This document shows, piece after piece, positions 14,291-25,600 of a DNA stretch of 64,000 nucleotides. The notes beneath the pieces are model-generated. The model was not told the origin of the DNA and searched no databases. It worked only from the letters and a program-made list of their open reading frames with translations. How positions within the stretch are numbered: position 1 is the first letter of the stretch; every line of letters starts with the position of its first letter. Where the stretch lies: IMG/VR virus record IMGVR_UViG_3300021961_000026, positions 81,016 to 145,015 of that record. One strand, written 5' to 3'. This DNA comes from a virus. A program made the position numbers and the translations under genes.

Positions 14291-14926
14291 ATGGACCCAA
14301 GAAGTTATGCAGCAAGTATTCATCGCTTAGATAAGTTTAATGTTGAAGCAGAGCTTAATAAAAGACATGAATTTTCCAGGAGAGAAGTTGGATTGAATCA
14401 TCCTGATAATCATTCTTTTTTAAGATTAAATGATGATGGAGATATTGAAATATTTGCAGCCCCTGGAGTGGGAATAGTGATTAGCGCTACAGGCAGAAGT
14501 ATCAGTCTTTTTGCAGACCATATAAGAATGTTTACAAAAGAAGATGGCCTAAGGTGGAATAGTTATAATTTTAATTATTCAGCCTATGATTATTCTCAGC
14601 CAACTTTAGTAAAAATAGACTACAAGTCTATAAATTCTCCACAAAATAACGCTAGTTACTATTTATCTAGACTAAATCAAATAACACAAGAAGATAGGGC
14701 CAAGAGTATTACTATACAAGGTGAACGTGGTTTTGGAACGCAGATAAAAGACAACGCCGCAAACCATTCTTCTGAAATATCTGTGGAGGGTTTAACCTCA
14801 GAGCAGATCACTTTGGTCGAAAGCGTACTTAAAGAGTATCCAAAAGAGTATATAATTAAAGTAGTCGATCTTTTAAAGCAAGGCTACACATTCGCTCAAG
14901 CGCAACAGAAAGCCGAAGAAATATAA
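14291..14926 (+). CDS. Putative baseplate protein (beta-rich, spike-like N-terminal half)
   Basis: 211 aa ORF; SFLRLNDDGDIEIFA..IVISATGRSISLFAD beta repeats; synteny. Confidence 0.4.
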   Translation: MDPRSYAASIHRLDKFNVEAELNKRHEFSRREVGLNHPDNHSFLRLNDDGDIEIFAAPGVGIVISATGRSISLFADHIRMFTKEDGLRWNSYNFNYSAYDYSQPTLVKIDYKSINSPQNNASYYLSRLNQITQEDRAKSITIQGERGFGTQIKDNAANHSSEISVEGLTSEQITLVESVLKEYPKEYIIKVVDLLKQGYTFAQAQQKAEEI

Positions 14927-14927
14927 A

Positions 14928-15308
14928 GTGCCTGATATATATCTTACAATGTCTGGAGACATAGAAATAGACGGAAATAAAGACGTTGCTGTGACCACCA
15001 GCATGCTTCAAGATGATATACAGCAGATTTATATGAGGCTTATGACAGAGCCAGGAGACTTTTATATTTATCCTCAGCTTGGTACTGATCTATCTATTCT
15101 TTATGGTATGCCTCAATCTAGGGAAACTGGTGATTTAGGAAAAAGATTGATAAGAGCTGCCCTTGAAAAAGAAGGAATCTTTCAAGGGCGTAATATAAAA
15201 ATAGAAGCTGTTCCAACTGGTCCTGATTCAATAAGATTTGATGTTCACATAATTAGTGACTTTAATGAGCCAGTTGTATTATCAGTTACTCAAAATCTAG
15301 GAGCATAA
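14928..15308 (+). CDS. gp25/GPW-like baseplate wedge (sheath initiator) protein
   Basis: 126 aa; Q.IYMRLMTEPG..IYPQLGTDL motif; directly upstream of baseplate J. Confidence 0.8.
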   Translation: MPDIYLTMSGDIEIDGNKDVAVTTSMLQDDIQQIYMRLMTEPGDFYIYPQLGTDLSILYGMPQSRETGDLGKRLIRAALEKEGIFQGRNIKIEAVPTGPDSIRFDVHIISDFNEPVVLSVTQNLGA

Positions 15309-16478
15309 ATGCCTGTCTATGGTCAAAAAGAACAATCTGAAATTGTAGTTGAGATATTAGATTCACTACAGAGAAACGCCGGCATTTCAGCCATATATCC
15401 AGGCTCTATAGCTAGAGCTTTTGCGGAAGCAATTGGGACAGAAATAGCTCAACTGTATTCTTCTTTGTCACTTTCTTTAAGGCAGAGTTCATTAGCTACA
15501 GCAAATGGAATGAATCTGGATATGATAGGTCAGCTTTATGGTGTTACAAGAAAAACAATTTCTGACGCATCGGCTGTTGAAAGACAATCTTTTAATATTC
15601 AATTTTCTCTAGAAAAATCCTATAGCAATGACATAATTCTTCCTAAAGGAACCTATGTATATACTAACGTTGACAATTTCTCAGTAAGACAATATAGATT
15701 TAAATTAAATGGTGAAGTAATTATTGCGGCAGGAACTACCAGGGCATACGGTCTGGTGGTACCAGACTTTACCGACAATAGTTATACAGCATCAATAAAT
15801 TCTCTTACTAAGCACAATTTTATAGCTCCTCCTGGGGTTGTGGTCTATTGCACAAACCCCAAAGAAGTCTACGCAATAGCTAATGCTGAGGCTGATGATA
15901 ATTATAGAAGAAGAATAGTATCGGCTATTAAGACTCAAGCTACCGGCAGTGTCGAGTCAGTTAGGTTTGCAACACTTGCTGTCCCTGGTGTTAGGGATGT
16001 AAGAATTAGGGAGTCATCTTTTGGTGTTGGATCTTGCGATATAATCATCGTACCTGAGGGTGGATCTAATCTTAAGCAAATTCCAGAACTTGTTTATAAC
16101 TCGATTATATCTGTTAAGCCAGTTGGCGTTAGATTTAATGTTAGGTTAGCAGAAAAGTTAGCGATTAACGTAGCAGCCAATATTACATTACCTTCGGGCA
16201 CTAGTGATGGAATAGCTCTTGGTGTTAGAAATCAGGCTTCTCTTTTTGTCAAAAGATATTTAAATTCTCTGTCTGTTGGAGATACTGTGTCAATCGGAGA
16301 AATAGAAAGATACATTAGGATGTCATCGGATTTAGTCAGGCAGGTTACAATTACTGGATTTAATGTGGACGGGAGAGAAATTCCGCTACAAGACTTTACT
16401 CCATCAGACCATAAAGTCTACCCAACTGCTGGATCTATAGCTGTATATTCTGTTATAATGGGACAATCTAATTATTAG
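15309..16478 (+). CDS. Baseplate J-like protein
   Basis: ATANGMNLDMIGQLYGVTR, EADDNYRRRI, A.AVPGVRDV and VKPVGV motifs. Confidence 0.9.
   Translation: MPVYGQKEQSEIVVEILDSLQRNAGISAIYPGSIARAFAEAIGTEIAQLYSSLSLSLRQSSLATANGMNLDMIGQLYGVTRKTISDASAVERQSFNIQFSLEKSYSNDIILPKGTYVYTNVDNFSVRQYRFKLNGEVIIAAGTTRAYGLVVPDFTDNSYTASINSLTKHNFIAPPGVVVYCTNPKEVYAIANAEADDNYRRRIVSAIKTQATGSVESVRFATLAVPGVRDVRIRESSFGVGSCDIIIVPEGGSNLKQIPELVYNSIISVKPVGVRFNVRLAEKLAINVAANITLPSGTSDGIALGVRNQASLFVKRYLNSLSVGDTVSIGEIERYIRMSSDLVRQVTITGFNVDGREIPLQDFTPSDHKVYPTAGSIAVYSVIMGQSNY
16451..16459 (+). promoter_or_regulatory. Extended -10 promoter (TG-T-TATAAT)
   Basis: TGTTATAAT inside the 3' end of baseplate J, 42 nt before ATG 16502. Confidence 0.5.
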
Positions 16479-16501
16479 CATTGAAACGGATGTCCTAATT
16501 T

Positions 16502-17731
16502 ATGAAAAAGAATTTTGTCATTAGACAAACTTATATTGTTAGATCGCCAAATGTTGGCCAAGCAAAAGCTTTGGTTTTTGATGATGAAGGTTTTGGCGAC
16601 ATTTTGTCTAACTCCCTAATCATAGAAGAAATTTCTGATGATGAGATTGTAGATATTGTTCAAGAAAAAGACTCTCCTTACGAAAAGCCACCTGTTCCGT
16701 CTTATGAGGAAGAAACTTTATCTTCAGATATATCGGATTCTAGGGCAGAATTTCTTAGGTCAGAAAATAAAAGATTAGCAAGACTTGCAGATAAATACAA
16801 AAATGTACAGGAAGAAGCAAAAGGTGCAGTTTATTCTGCAGCCTATGATGCTTTTTGTAATTTTGAGATGCCTAAAATAAAAGCACCTAGCTTTCCTAAG
16901 TCTGGCAGCAAAACTCCAGAAACAGCTGTTGTAGTTTTTTCTGATTGGCAGCTGGGCAAAGTAACTCCAACTTACAATTCTGATGTCCTTGCCGAAAGAA
17001 TTGAGCAGTATACAGATAAGATGCTTGAGATCGTAAACATACAAAGAGCACATCATCCCGTGAAAGACCTTCACGTGTGGTTTCTGGGTGACATAGTTGA
17101 GGGAGAAGAAATATTCCCTGGACAAAGTCACCTTATTGATTCTGGCTTATATAGACAGGTTGGTGTTTATGGTCCACAAATTATCAGCACATTTATAACA
17201 AAAGCACTACAGAATTTTGAAACAGTAAAAGCAACTGGCGTAATTGGTAATCATGGGGCAGTTGGCGGAAGAGCAAGAAAATCTCATGATCCCGAAACTA
17301 ACATGGATAGATTGCTTTATAAAATAGTTAGCCTTATATTCAAGGATGAGCCAAGATTTAGTTTCCATATTCCTGATGGCATCGGGGAAAGAAACTGGTA
17401 CGCAGTAGACACAATTGGAAGCTATTCAACAATGTTGATTCATGGCGACCAATTACCTCAGCCTTCTAACTTTGGTGCTTACTATAAGAAGGTAATGGGA
17501 TGGAAAGATGGAGCGGTCCCCGAGCACTTCGATGATGTTTTTATGGGACATTATCATCAGCAATTCAAGATGACTATTGGCTCAACAATACTGAGAATCT
17601 CTGGTTCCTCAGAAAGCTATAATACATATGCTCAGGAATATTTCCAGTCCATGAGTAGACCATGTCAGCATTTGATGTTCGTTCATCCAGAACATGGAGT
17701 CACTTCAGAATATTCAATTTGGTTAGACTAA
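16502..17731 (+). CDS. Calcineurin-like metallophosphoesterase
   Basis: FSDWQLG, LGDIVEG, GNHG, IHGD and GHYH motifs; N-terminal coiled region. Confidence 0.85.
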   Translation: MKKNFVIRQTYIVRSPNVGQAKALVFDDEGFGDILSNSLIIEEISDDEIVDIVQEKDSPYEKPPVPSYEEETLSSDISDSRAEFLRSENKRLARLADKYKNVQEEAKGAVYSAAYDAFCNFEMPKIKAPSFPKSGSKTPETAVVVFSDWQLGKVTPTYNSDVLAERIEQYTDKMLEIVNIQRAHHPVKDLHVWFLGDIVEGEEIFPGQSHLIDSGLYRQVGVYGPQIISTFITKALQNFETVKATGVIGNHGAVGGRARKSHDPETNMDRLLYKIVSLIFKDEPRFSFHIPDGIGERNWYAVDTIGSYSTMLIHGDQLPQPSNFGAYYKKVMGWKDGAVPEHFDDVFMGHYHQQFKMTIGSTILRISGSSESYNTYAQEYFQSMSRPCQHLMFVHPEHGVTSEYSIWLD

Positions 17732-17745
17732 TAAAGGAATAGTAG

Positions 17746-20700
17746 ATGAAACGTTATCTTTTAGGTCTTCGAAGTGGAGACTTTACAAAAAATGGTAATG
17801 TTTGGACATCTGATGCTATAAACCTTTATAATAATAGTTCTTATAAAAACTATTCATACAAAAGAAGCGCATCTGGACTAAACTTAATACGGAGATTATA
17901 CCTTTGTTGGAACAGAGGTATCTTCTCCGTCTTATAATTCCAATCACTCTACTCCAATAGATGATTATGCAATATATAAGACTAATTATGGTGAAGTTGT
18001 ATATGATCCAGCAACTCCATATGATCCAGCTACACCAGGCTTACTTAGATTTATAGATACAACTTCAAGAGTTGATGTAGTTTCCTACAAGCATGCCTTT
18101 ACCAATCTTCCTGGTCTAGAGAATCCTACTTTTACTCTTCAGATATATGAGTCTGATAGTTCCAATGGACCATGGCTTAAATCAGCCTTAATGGTTGATT
18201 CTAATTCTGTTTTTCTAAATAACGCAAAGCAGTATGTAAAAATAGAATTAGAAATATTTTCAGAATTACAAGATGGCATTTCTGAAATGGGCCTTCTTCT
18301 TTATTTTGAGATTGCAATACATGAGGCTTCATCACCAATAATATCTGATTCAGCTAGAAATATAACTAGAAAATTTCCTTCTTGGACAGAAATATATGAA
18401 GATTCTTTAGAAAGATCTACTCCAGAGCTAGCCACTCCAGTATCCAATGCTGGCAAATTTATTAATGCGTTAGTTGGTGAGTATCTAGATGATTTCACAA
18501 ATCTAGTAGATGAACATAACCTTAATGCATTTGTAGGCTCCGCAGATGAGGATATGATCGACTGGATATACGTATCGTATGCCGTTCCAGCTTCTACGCT
18601 ATCAGTATTTGGCAACGATGTTCAATTAGCCAAGGCACCGAGTCTAGAAGCTTTTTATAATTATCAAAAGACAGATTATGTTTATTATCACAATTTAGTT
18701 GACAGTCAAATAATAACATTAAGAAAGTTTGATGATCTTTCTATAAATGGATTAACATTTGAACAAGTGCCAGCGATGCTGTTTAATATGTTTGATGAGT
18801 TTGGTGCGCAAGTTAATCTTAAAAGATTATACCTAGAGGATAACGCAAGGTTCAAACAGAGAATACTTGATGTTTATGCCAACCCACCTGGTGTGGGCAC
18901 TGAAGCATATAAGCTGACCCTTAGAAGAGAGTTGGATATATGGAAGGCATATGGAGCAACTCCAGAGTCAGATTATCTTGGTGCAACGCCAGAAATTATA
19001 GAAATTTCAGACATAGAAAATTCTACCCCATACTTTACATTTAGTGGTAATCCTCAAGATAAATTTATACAGTTTGTTAAATATATCAATGAAACCTATC
19101 CTTCTAACCTAGGATATGTTCAATGGGATCAGGGTATATGGGATTACGCTGGACTAAATGGAGAAGGTGTTGGAAGAATACCAGCCATATATGACGTAGC
19201 AACTCCTCTTTCTAATCTTTTTCAGCCAGGAGTTGGCGACTTTAGAGACGCAAAGTTGCTAATGCCAAATGAAATACCAGAATCTGCTACAACATCTTTC
19301 ACTGGCAGGTTTAAAGCAGATGGATTTAAGTTATATTATTACGATGATATTTATGGCCCAATAAATGTCGGCTATGAATACAAGGGCTCATATACATCGA
19401 CTGTCTCAGATTCAGATGCAAATAACCCAAATTCTGCAACGCCATTTAATGGCGGAGTTGCCCTAGTCTATGAAATTGTTTTACCAGCACATACTGGATA
19501 TGCAACTCCAGCAACTTATTATGCGAACATGTCTTATGAGGACAGAGATGATTTTTTCGTGTATAATTATTATTCCCAGACAAGCGCAGCAAGCCCTGAG
19601 TATAACTACATTGACATAGTTAACTCAGATAACTTGACAAATACAAACCTCTTTTTCAGAGAAAAAACATACGACTATGTATACGTTAACTACGCAGCAA
19701 CTCCGGCCAATAATTCGATTGACATATCTAAAGCTTCTTCGATTACAGTTGTCAATAAGGTTGAATGGAATCCAGTAACCCAATCATATGTCCCATCTCA
19801 TACTGGCCAATACAGAGTTGCTTTTAACCAAGACACAAGAGGTTATCTAAGTAATCCAACAGTAGGTCAATCTTGGAGCTTGGCCACTCCAAATATTAAT
19901 TACCTCAATGCTAACTTAAAAATTGGGTCTACAGTATATGGAAATAAATCAATTACTGGTTATACTAATTCTGTTATTTCTTCAGCAATTCTAAATGACA
20001 ATAATGACCTTAGTAAAACAAAAGATTATCCAATATTTAGTTCTGACTTAAAACAGGGAATAATATTTCCCATAGGATCTACTCCATCTGATCTAATTTT
20101 AGATAATGTTAAACTAACTCCATATCCGTTGTATAACACAATTCAGACTCAACAGGTAAGAGATCCAGAATATGGTGGACTTGGATATAATTGGTTAGAC
20201 AATTCAAATTATTATATTCCATCAAGTCCGAATATCATTGTTAAATCTTACGCCACAGCACAAGATGCAGAAATAAATGCGTATACATACACGGGTTATT
20301 TTCAGTCAGCAACATTTAATTATTCATCTCCCCCAGAGTTGATTGTTCTTTCAACTGGTCTTTCTTCAACTCCTTACTATCCATTTAAGTCAGCTGTATG
20401 GACTAACATATCTGATTCAGAGCTTTACAGCACACCTATGATTAACGGTTTTATTGATCATTTAGGAAATGTATATAGAGAAAATGAATTGATAGAAGAT
20501 TCAGGAAGAAGTATTGACTCAAAAATTAAAGACTCATTCTTATCTTCTTATTCTCTAAAGAGAGAAACATTTGGGTTAGACTCATCAGAAAAAGATGAAT
20601 ATTTCATTACACATATTTCTGCGGTTTCTGATACTGATTCAGTTTTAATTAACTCTAATAAATCAGAAGTAATTCCAAATGAAAGTATACCAGTTGATAT

Positions 20701-22609
20701 AACAATTCCTTTTACACAGTCATCTTCATACATTGAAGAGTTGTATGACATCAATTCAAATAATTATTATTATACTGAAATACAAGTCTACGCAGAAAAA
20801 ATTGGACAAATACAGAATAACATATCTTCTGTTTTAGATAAACAAAATCCAGAATTGCACACAGGGTGGTTGTATCTTCCAGAAGAAGATTATTACGTTT
20901 ATGCAGATCCCAAAACTGATTCATTTAGTGGCATTCTTTTTAACGCAGAACTGTCAGATGTACCAAGACAGGGTGCCCCAATTATCGTAGAGGTAATAGA
21001 ATCTGGTTCAACGGTGCAGTATACGGAAATGATGTATCCAGATACCGCAACTCCAGGAAAACCTATTTTTAGAAATGTAGAGAATATATATGCAGCTAAT
21101 GACAGTGCACTCTATCTATCCGCTGCAAACGTTAATAATATAATTATAAACGATAGTTATACAGGTAAGTCTTTAGTCGAATATCCTATTCAACCTGGTT
21201 TTTACATTTGGGTTCTAACAGATGATGATGGAAATTATATATGGGACCTCTTTTTAGATGAGGGTTACTACGTAATTAGTGAAAACTATAGTCTAAACGG
21301 AAATAAATTAGAGGTATTCTCTTCTACTACTGGGTTAAGTGTATTGGTCCCAGGAAGATTGTATGAAGTAACATATGACCTTTCAAATATATTTTACGTA
21401 GACAAAAATGAGTACGATTCATTAAACGATGATTATTCTGCAAAGATCTACTTTTCATCCACACCCAATTCCACTGCAAACTACTATATTACTTATGAAT
21501 CTGCAGTAAATGAATTTTCTACTCCAACAGGAGTATCACTAAGTTCAGTGGGACTACCAATATCAAAAGGCTTTGTATATATTTCTGATACAGAGTATAG
21601 TTTTGGCAAAGCTGAAGTAGCTATTTCTCCATCCTATATTTCTGATAATTCTGATGATTTTGTATACCTAAATATTATTTCTTATGATGAGAATGGAAAC
21701 TTCAAACCAAATCAAACTTTCCATATAGACTCAACAATATTGACTCCTGAATCAGCATTCATCACAACGAATGATTACGGCTTTGCTACTACAAAGGTTA
21801 GATATACGGGTCCAGTTCCAGCTACTGCAACAGAAGCTCTGATAAATGTCCAAGGATTGCAATACTCATCTGCAACACCTCAAATTAATATAAATAGTTC
21901 TGCATCTCCATACTATGAAAATATAACTATTTCAGTTAATATATCTAGCCACTCTTCTACTGGCTCATTAAAAGCCGCCGCCGCAAGAGGGGTAATTAAT
22001 GCCGATATTATCAGCGAAAACCTAATCAGAGGATATATAAATCACTCTACGGTGCCAGGAGCTACGCCAGTAGTATATTGGAGAAAAGCAAGAACAGTAT
22101 ATTCAGCTTTTGAAGATGTTAATTATTCAATAAGTTCTGCTACACCAGGAAGAACGGGTGAAGCAGGAATGGTTTATTTGGATTCTAATGGGGAATTCCA
22201 AATAGGACCATTTTATGCTCAGGATAGATCTGAAGCTGGATACTGGTTTGTCGCAGTAGAATCTGATTTGTCAGTAACTCCATCAGAAACTCCAACTACC
22301 ATAGTTGGAGACGTAGCTTATTGGTATGAATCATATGATAATATCAGCTACGCCAATGAGCTTGTTCCACTTCCAAATATATATAATGATTTAATACAAG
22401 AGAATTCAAGAATTATTGAAACTCCAGCATTTAAGTTTAATCACTATGATATGGACCATACAGAAGATGCTCCAGCTACTGTGAATTGGAATCCACCTAA
22501 GTGGTTACCATTAAGTTACTATGATCAATATCAAATGGGTTTATTGGGTTCAACTCCCAACATTGTTTCTACCTATAGCAATATTGTCAATGACTATGAG
22601 GAAAGTTAA
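17746..22609 (+). CDS. Large virion structural protein (~1620 aa) rich in [AS]TP motifs; +1 shift at CGG 17890-17892
   Basis: AAGGA SD before 17746. ATA CGG AGA read as I-G-DYTF gives a frame open for 100 codons into ORF 18191..22609. FDEFGAQVNLKRLYLEDNARFKQRI is baseplate-wedge-like. Confidence 0.7.
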
Positions 22610-25600
22610 TGAAAGTCTTTAATAATAAAACTAAGAATTATAAAGAAAAAGCTGTAAAAATAGGTAAGAGTGTTCCATCTGACGCAGCAAATATTGCATT
22701 ATTTGATCAAGATATCGTAACCGCTGGCAATAGCCTTTTTATTATGGATGTTTCTGAATCCATACCAGAGAATAAAATTAACGATTTTGGGCAGACAAAA
22801 ATATACTACGCGAATGAACTTGGAATTCTTGAAGACGAAAATGGAAATACGCGTTTACCAACTCATGACCTTTCTATTTCAGACGTTAAATTTTCAGAAG
22901 AATATTCCACTGAGTTAATAGATACAATTAATCCAAATGATTTTCTACACAGTTTCTATGTAAGTAGGCATTTCTGCTATGCACAAAGAGGATTTAATAT
23001 AAGCGGATTGCTGGATATCTTTTCTTCAGATTATTACTCAACTTTAAATATTAAAGTTGTTGATGAAAACAATTTTGATTACATAGATTTAAATACTGGT
23101 AGAAAAAAATATAAGATACTTCTAGAACCTTATACTACTGAAGAAAATTATTTAGAAACAGAAATACCACACAAGATATTGATTGGATTTGATTCAACTC
23201 CAGTTTCAAATCTCAAACTTATATATGACAAAATAGAAGTAAATGATCAAAGTGAAGTTTCTAGTATATTTTTAAACTTTACTGAAAATATAAATGCTGT
23301 ACCATACTTTGAAGAAGTAGCTGAAGAAGCTCTTATAATGGATACAAATAATTTAGAAAGAAACAAATATTCAATCAAAAAGTTTCTACAAAAGTATTCT
23401 GATATATATAAGCAGTCTATGGATACAACAGGTTTTCAAGCATTTGTTCCAAGAAAAGCTTTGGCTGACAATAGAGTATTTGAAGTCTTTAACTGGAGAC
23501 TCATCGCCAAGTCAAAGCAATCGGTTAATTTAGATGAAATCCAGGATATTGAAATTTCTAACGATATTCAAACGAAGACAGTTAATGTTGGCGTCCTATA
23601 TGATTCATTTGATACTATAAGTAATGCAAACATTAATCCATATATATTTTATAGATTAGGACTTTCTCCATTTAATTTCAATCAATATATTTTTGAAAAT
23701 CCAATAAGTGAAGAACTATCAACAATTCCAGAAAAAAATCAAGCATTGTATTGGAAAGTTGATATTCAATCAATGGATGATCTTTCAAGATTTGATGTTT
23801 TAGCATTTTGCCCGACCAAAGCTTTATCAGAAAAGGCCATAAGGCTTTTGGATAAATTTGTTACAAAAGACAATGGAACACTAATTGTTGATGCAAGCAA
23901 GTATCCATCTTCAATACCATTTTTGAGAGAAAGCATATCTTTAACAGCGTTGGATTCATCTACTGCATCCTATTATGAGTACAACACATCATCAAAAATA
24001 TTAGACGAAAACAAAAATGGCGCTTGGAATATTGATAATTCAATATTTGAAAAAGATATTTATGGAATTTTTGGTCAAAAAAGCGCAAAAAATAGATATA
24101 TAAATTCTGTAAATTCCACGTTATCTATATTAGACATAGGTCCAAGCCAAGCTACCAAGAAGTCTGTGGCAGCTTTGTATGAGTTTCCCTCACAACGGAG
24201 ACGCTATCGCACAAGGTAATATAGTATTTGCAAGTTTTGAGTGGTTTCATTATTGTAACTCAGTATATAATTCTTCTGGAAATGGATCCATGGTAGATTC
24301 AAGTACTGGCCCAACAGCATATGATAATCTGTCTACAAATGTTTTATCTGGATTAGTAGAGGGCCCATATAAGTTTCTGTTTAACTGTGTAGCATTTGGC
24401 CTCCACTGTAGAACAAGTGCTTTGAGAAAGTCTGATAAAAGATCAATATTATATAATTATGTAGGTGAATGGAATTCATCTTGGACAATGTATTCAGATG
24501 CTATTCTTGATGAAGAAAAGATCCAATACTTTGTTAATATATCTTCTGATACTAATCAAGTAAAATTTGGAAGAGATTTAATTCAACCTTACGATAGCAT
24601 AGAGGCTTATTATAAGGCTAAATTGTCAGATTCAATGCCAGACTATCATAAGCAGAAAATATCTAAAATGGATACTTCAACTATTGATTTTTATATTGAA
24701 GTAACAAATCCAGAAGTTTTAATTTCTAACTCTACAGCAGTATCTTCGCCTCAAGATGAATCAATACCTTCATCGTACTCTGTAAAAAAAATGACATCAA
24801 GACTACTTAAGCCATATGCCTATACCGAAAAGTATTCTCCCAAGATAAGTATACCGTCTTCTTTTGGCCCATATGTTGTTAAGGACGTTCCAGGAATCAG
24901 TTCTTCTGACTCTAAAAAAATAAACTCTGAAATAAATCCAATTACACAATTTCAATCCTATCCATTTAGTTTGCAAACTGAATACTCTTATATTAGCGCA
25001 ACCGATAAACCAGTTTCTTTTAATGGAACCGTAACAACAAATATGAAATTTCCTTATAGGGGTGTAGCTAAAGAAAAGGTACTTAGACAGAGATGGGGAT
25101 CTGTAACTAAAAAATGGTCAACAAAAGATCCAGACATTCCTTCAAAATCATATGTTAAAAAAGATGGATATACCGTTTTGGGTGAAACAAAAACAGATCT
25201 ACCATGTTCAAATGTTAAATCATCAATTGACAGTAATCTGTACGCAGTAGTGGATTCAGATAGGCCATACAATAACTTCATCTATACTCGAGACATAGAC
25301 AGGGGTAACTCCACTAATACTTGGTCAACTGCATACTCTGGAAACTCATATAATTATGTAAAGTATATACAGATAGCACTAAAATCATTTGGTAGATATG
25401 GCGGGGGCAATTTTAAAAATTGGCCAGTTGATGGAAAATATGGACCCAAAACAAGAGATGCAATACAATCCTTTCAGCAAACTCAAAAAGATTTGGGCAA
25501 CTGCATATATGTAGATGGCACAGTGGATAGTGAAACAAAATCACTTTTGGCAAGAAGGTTAAAGACGCTAAAAGATGAAGACCCCGCTGCTTTTGCTGCC

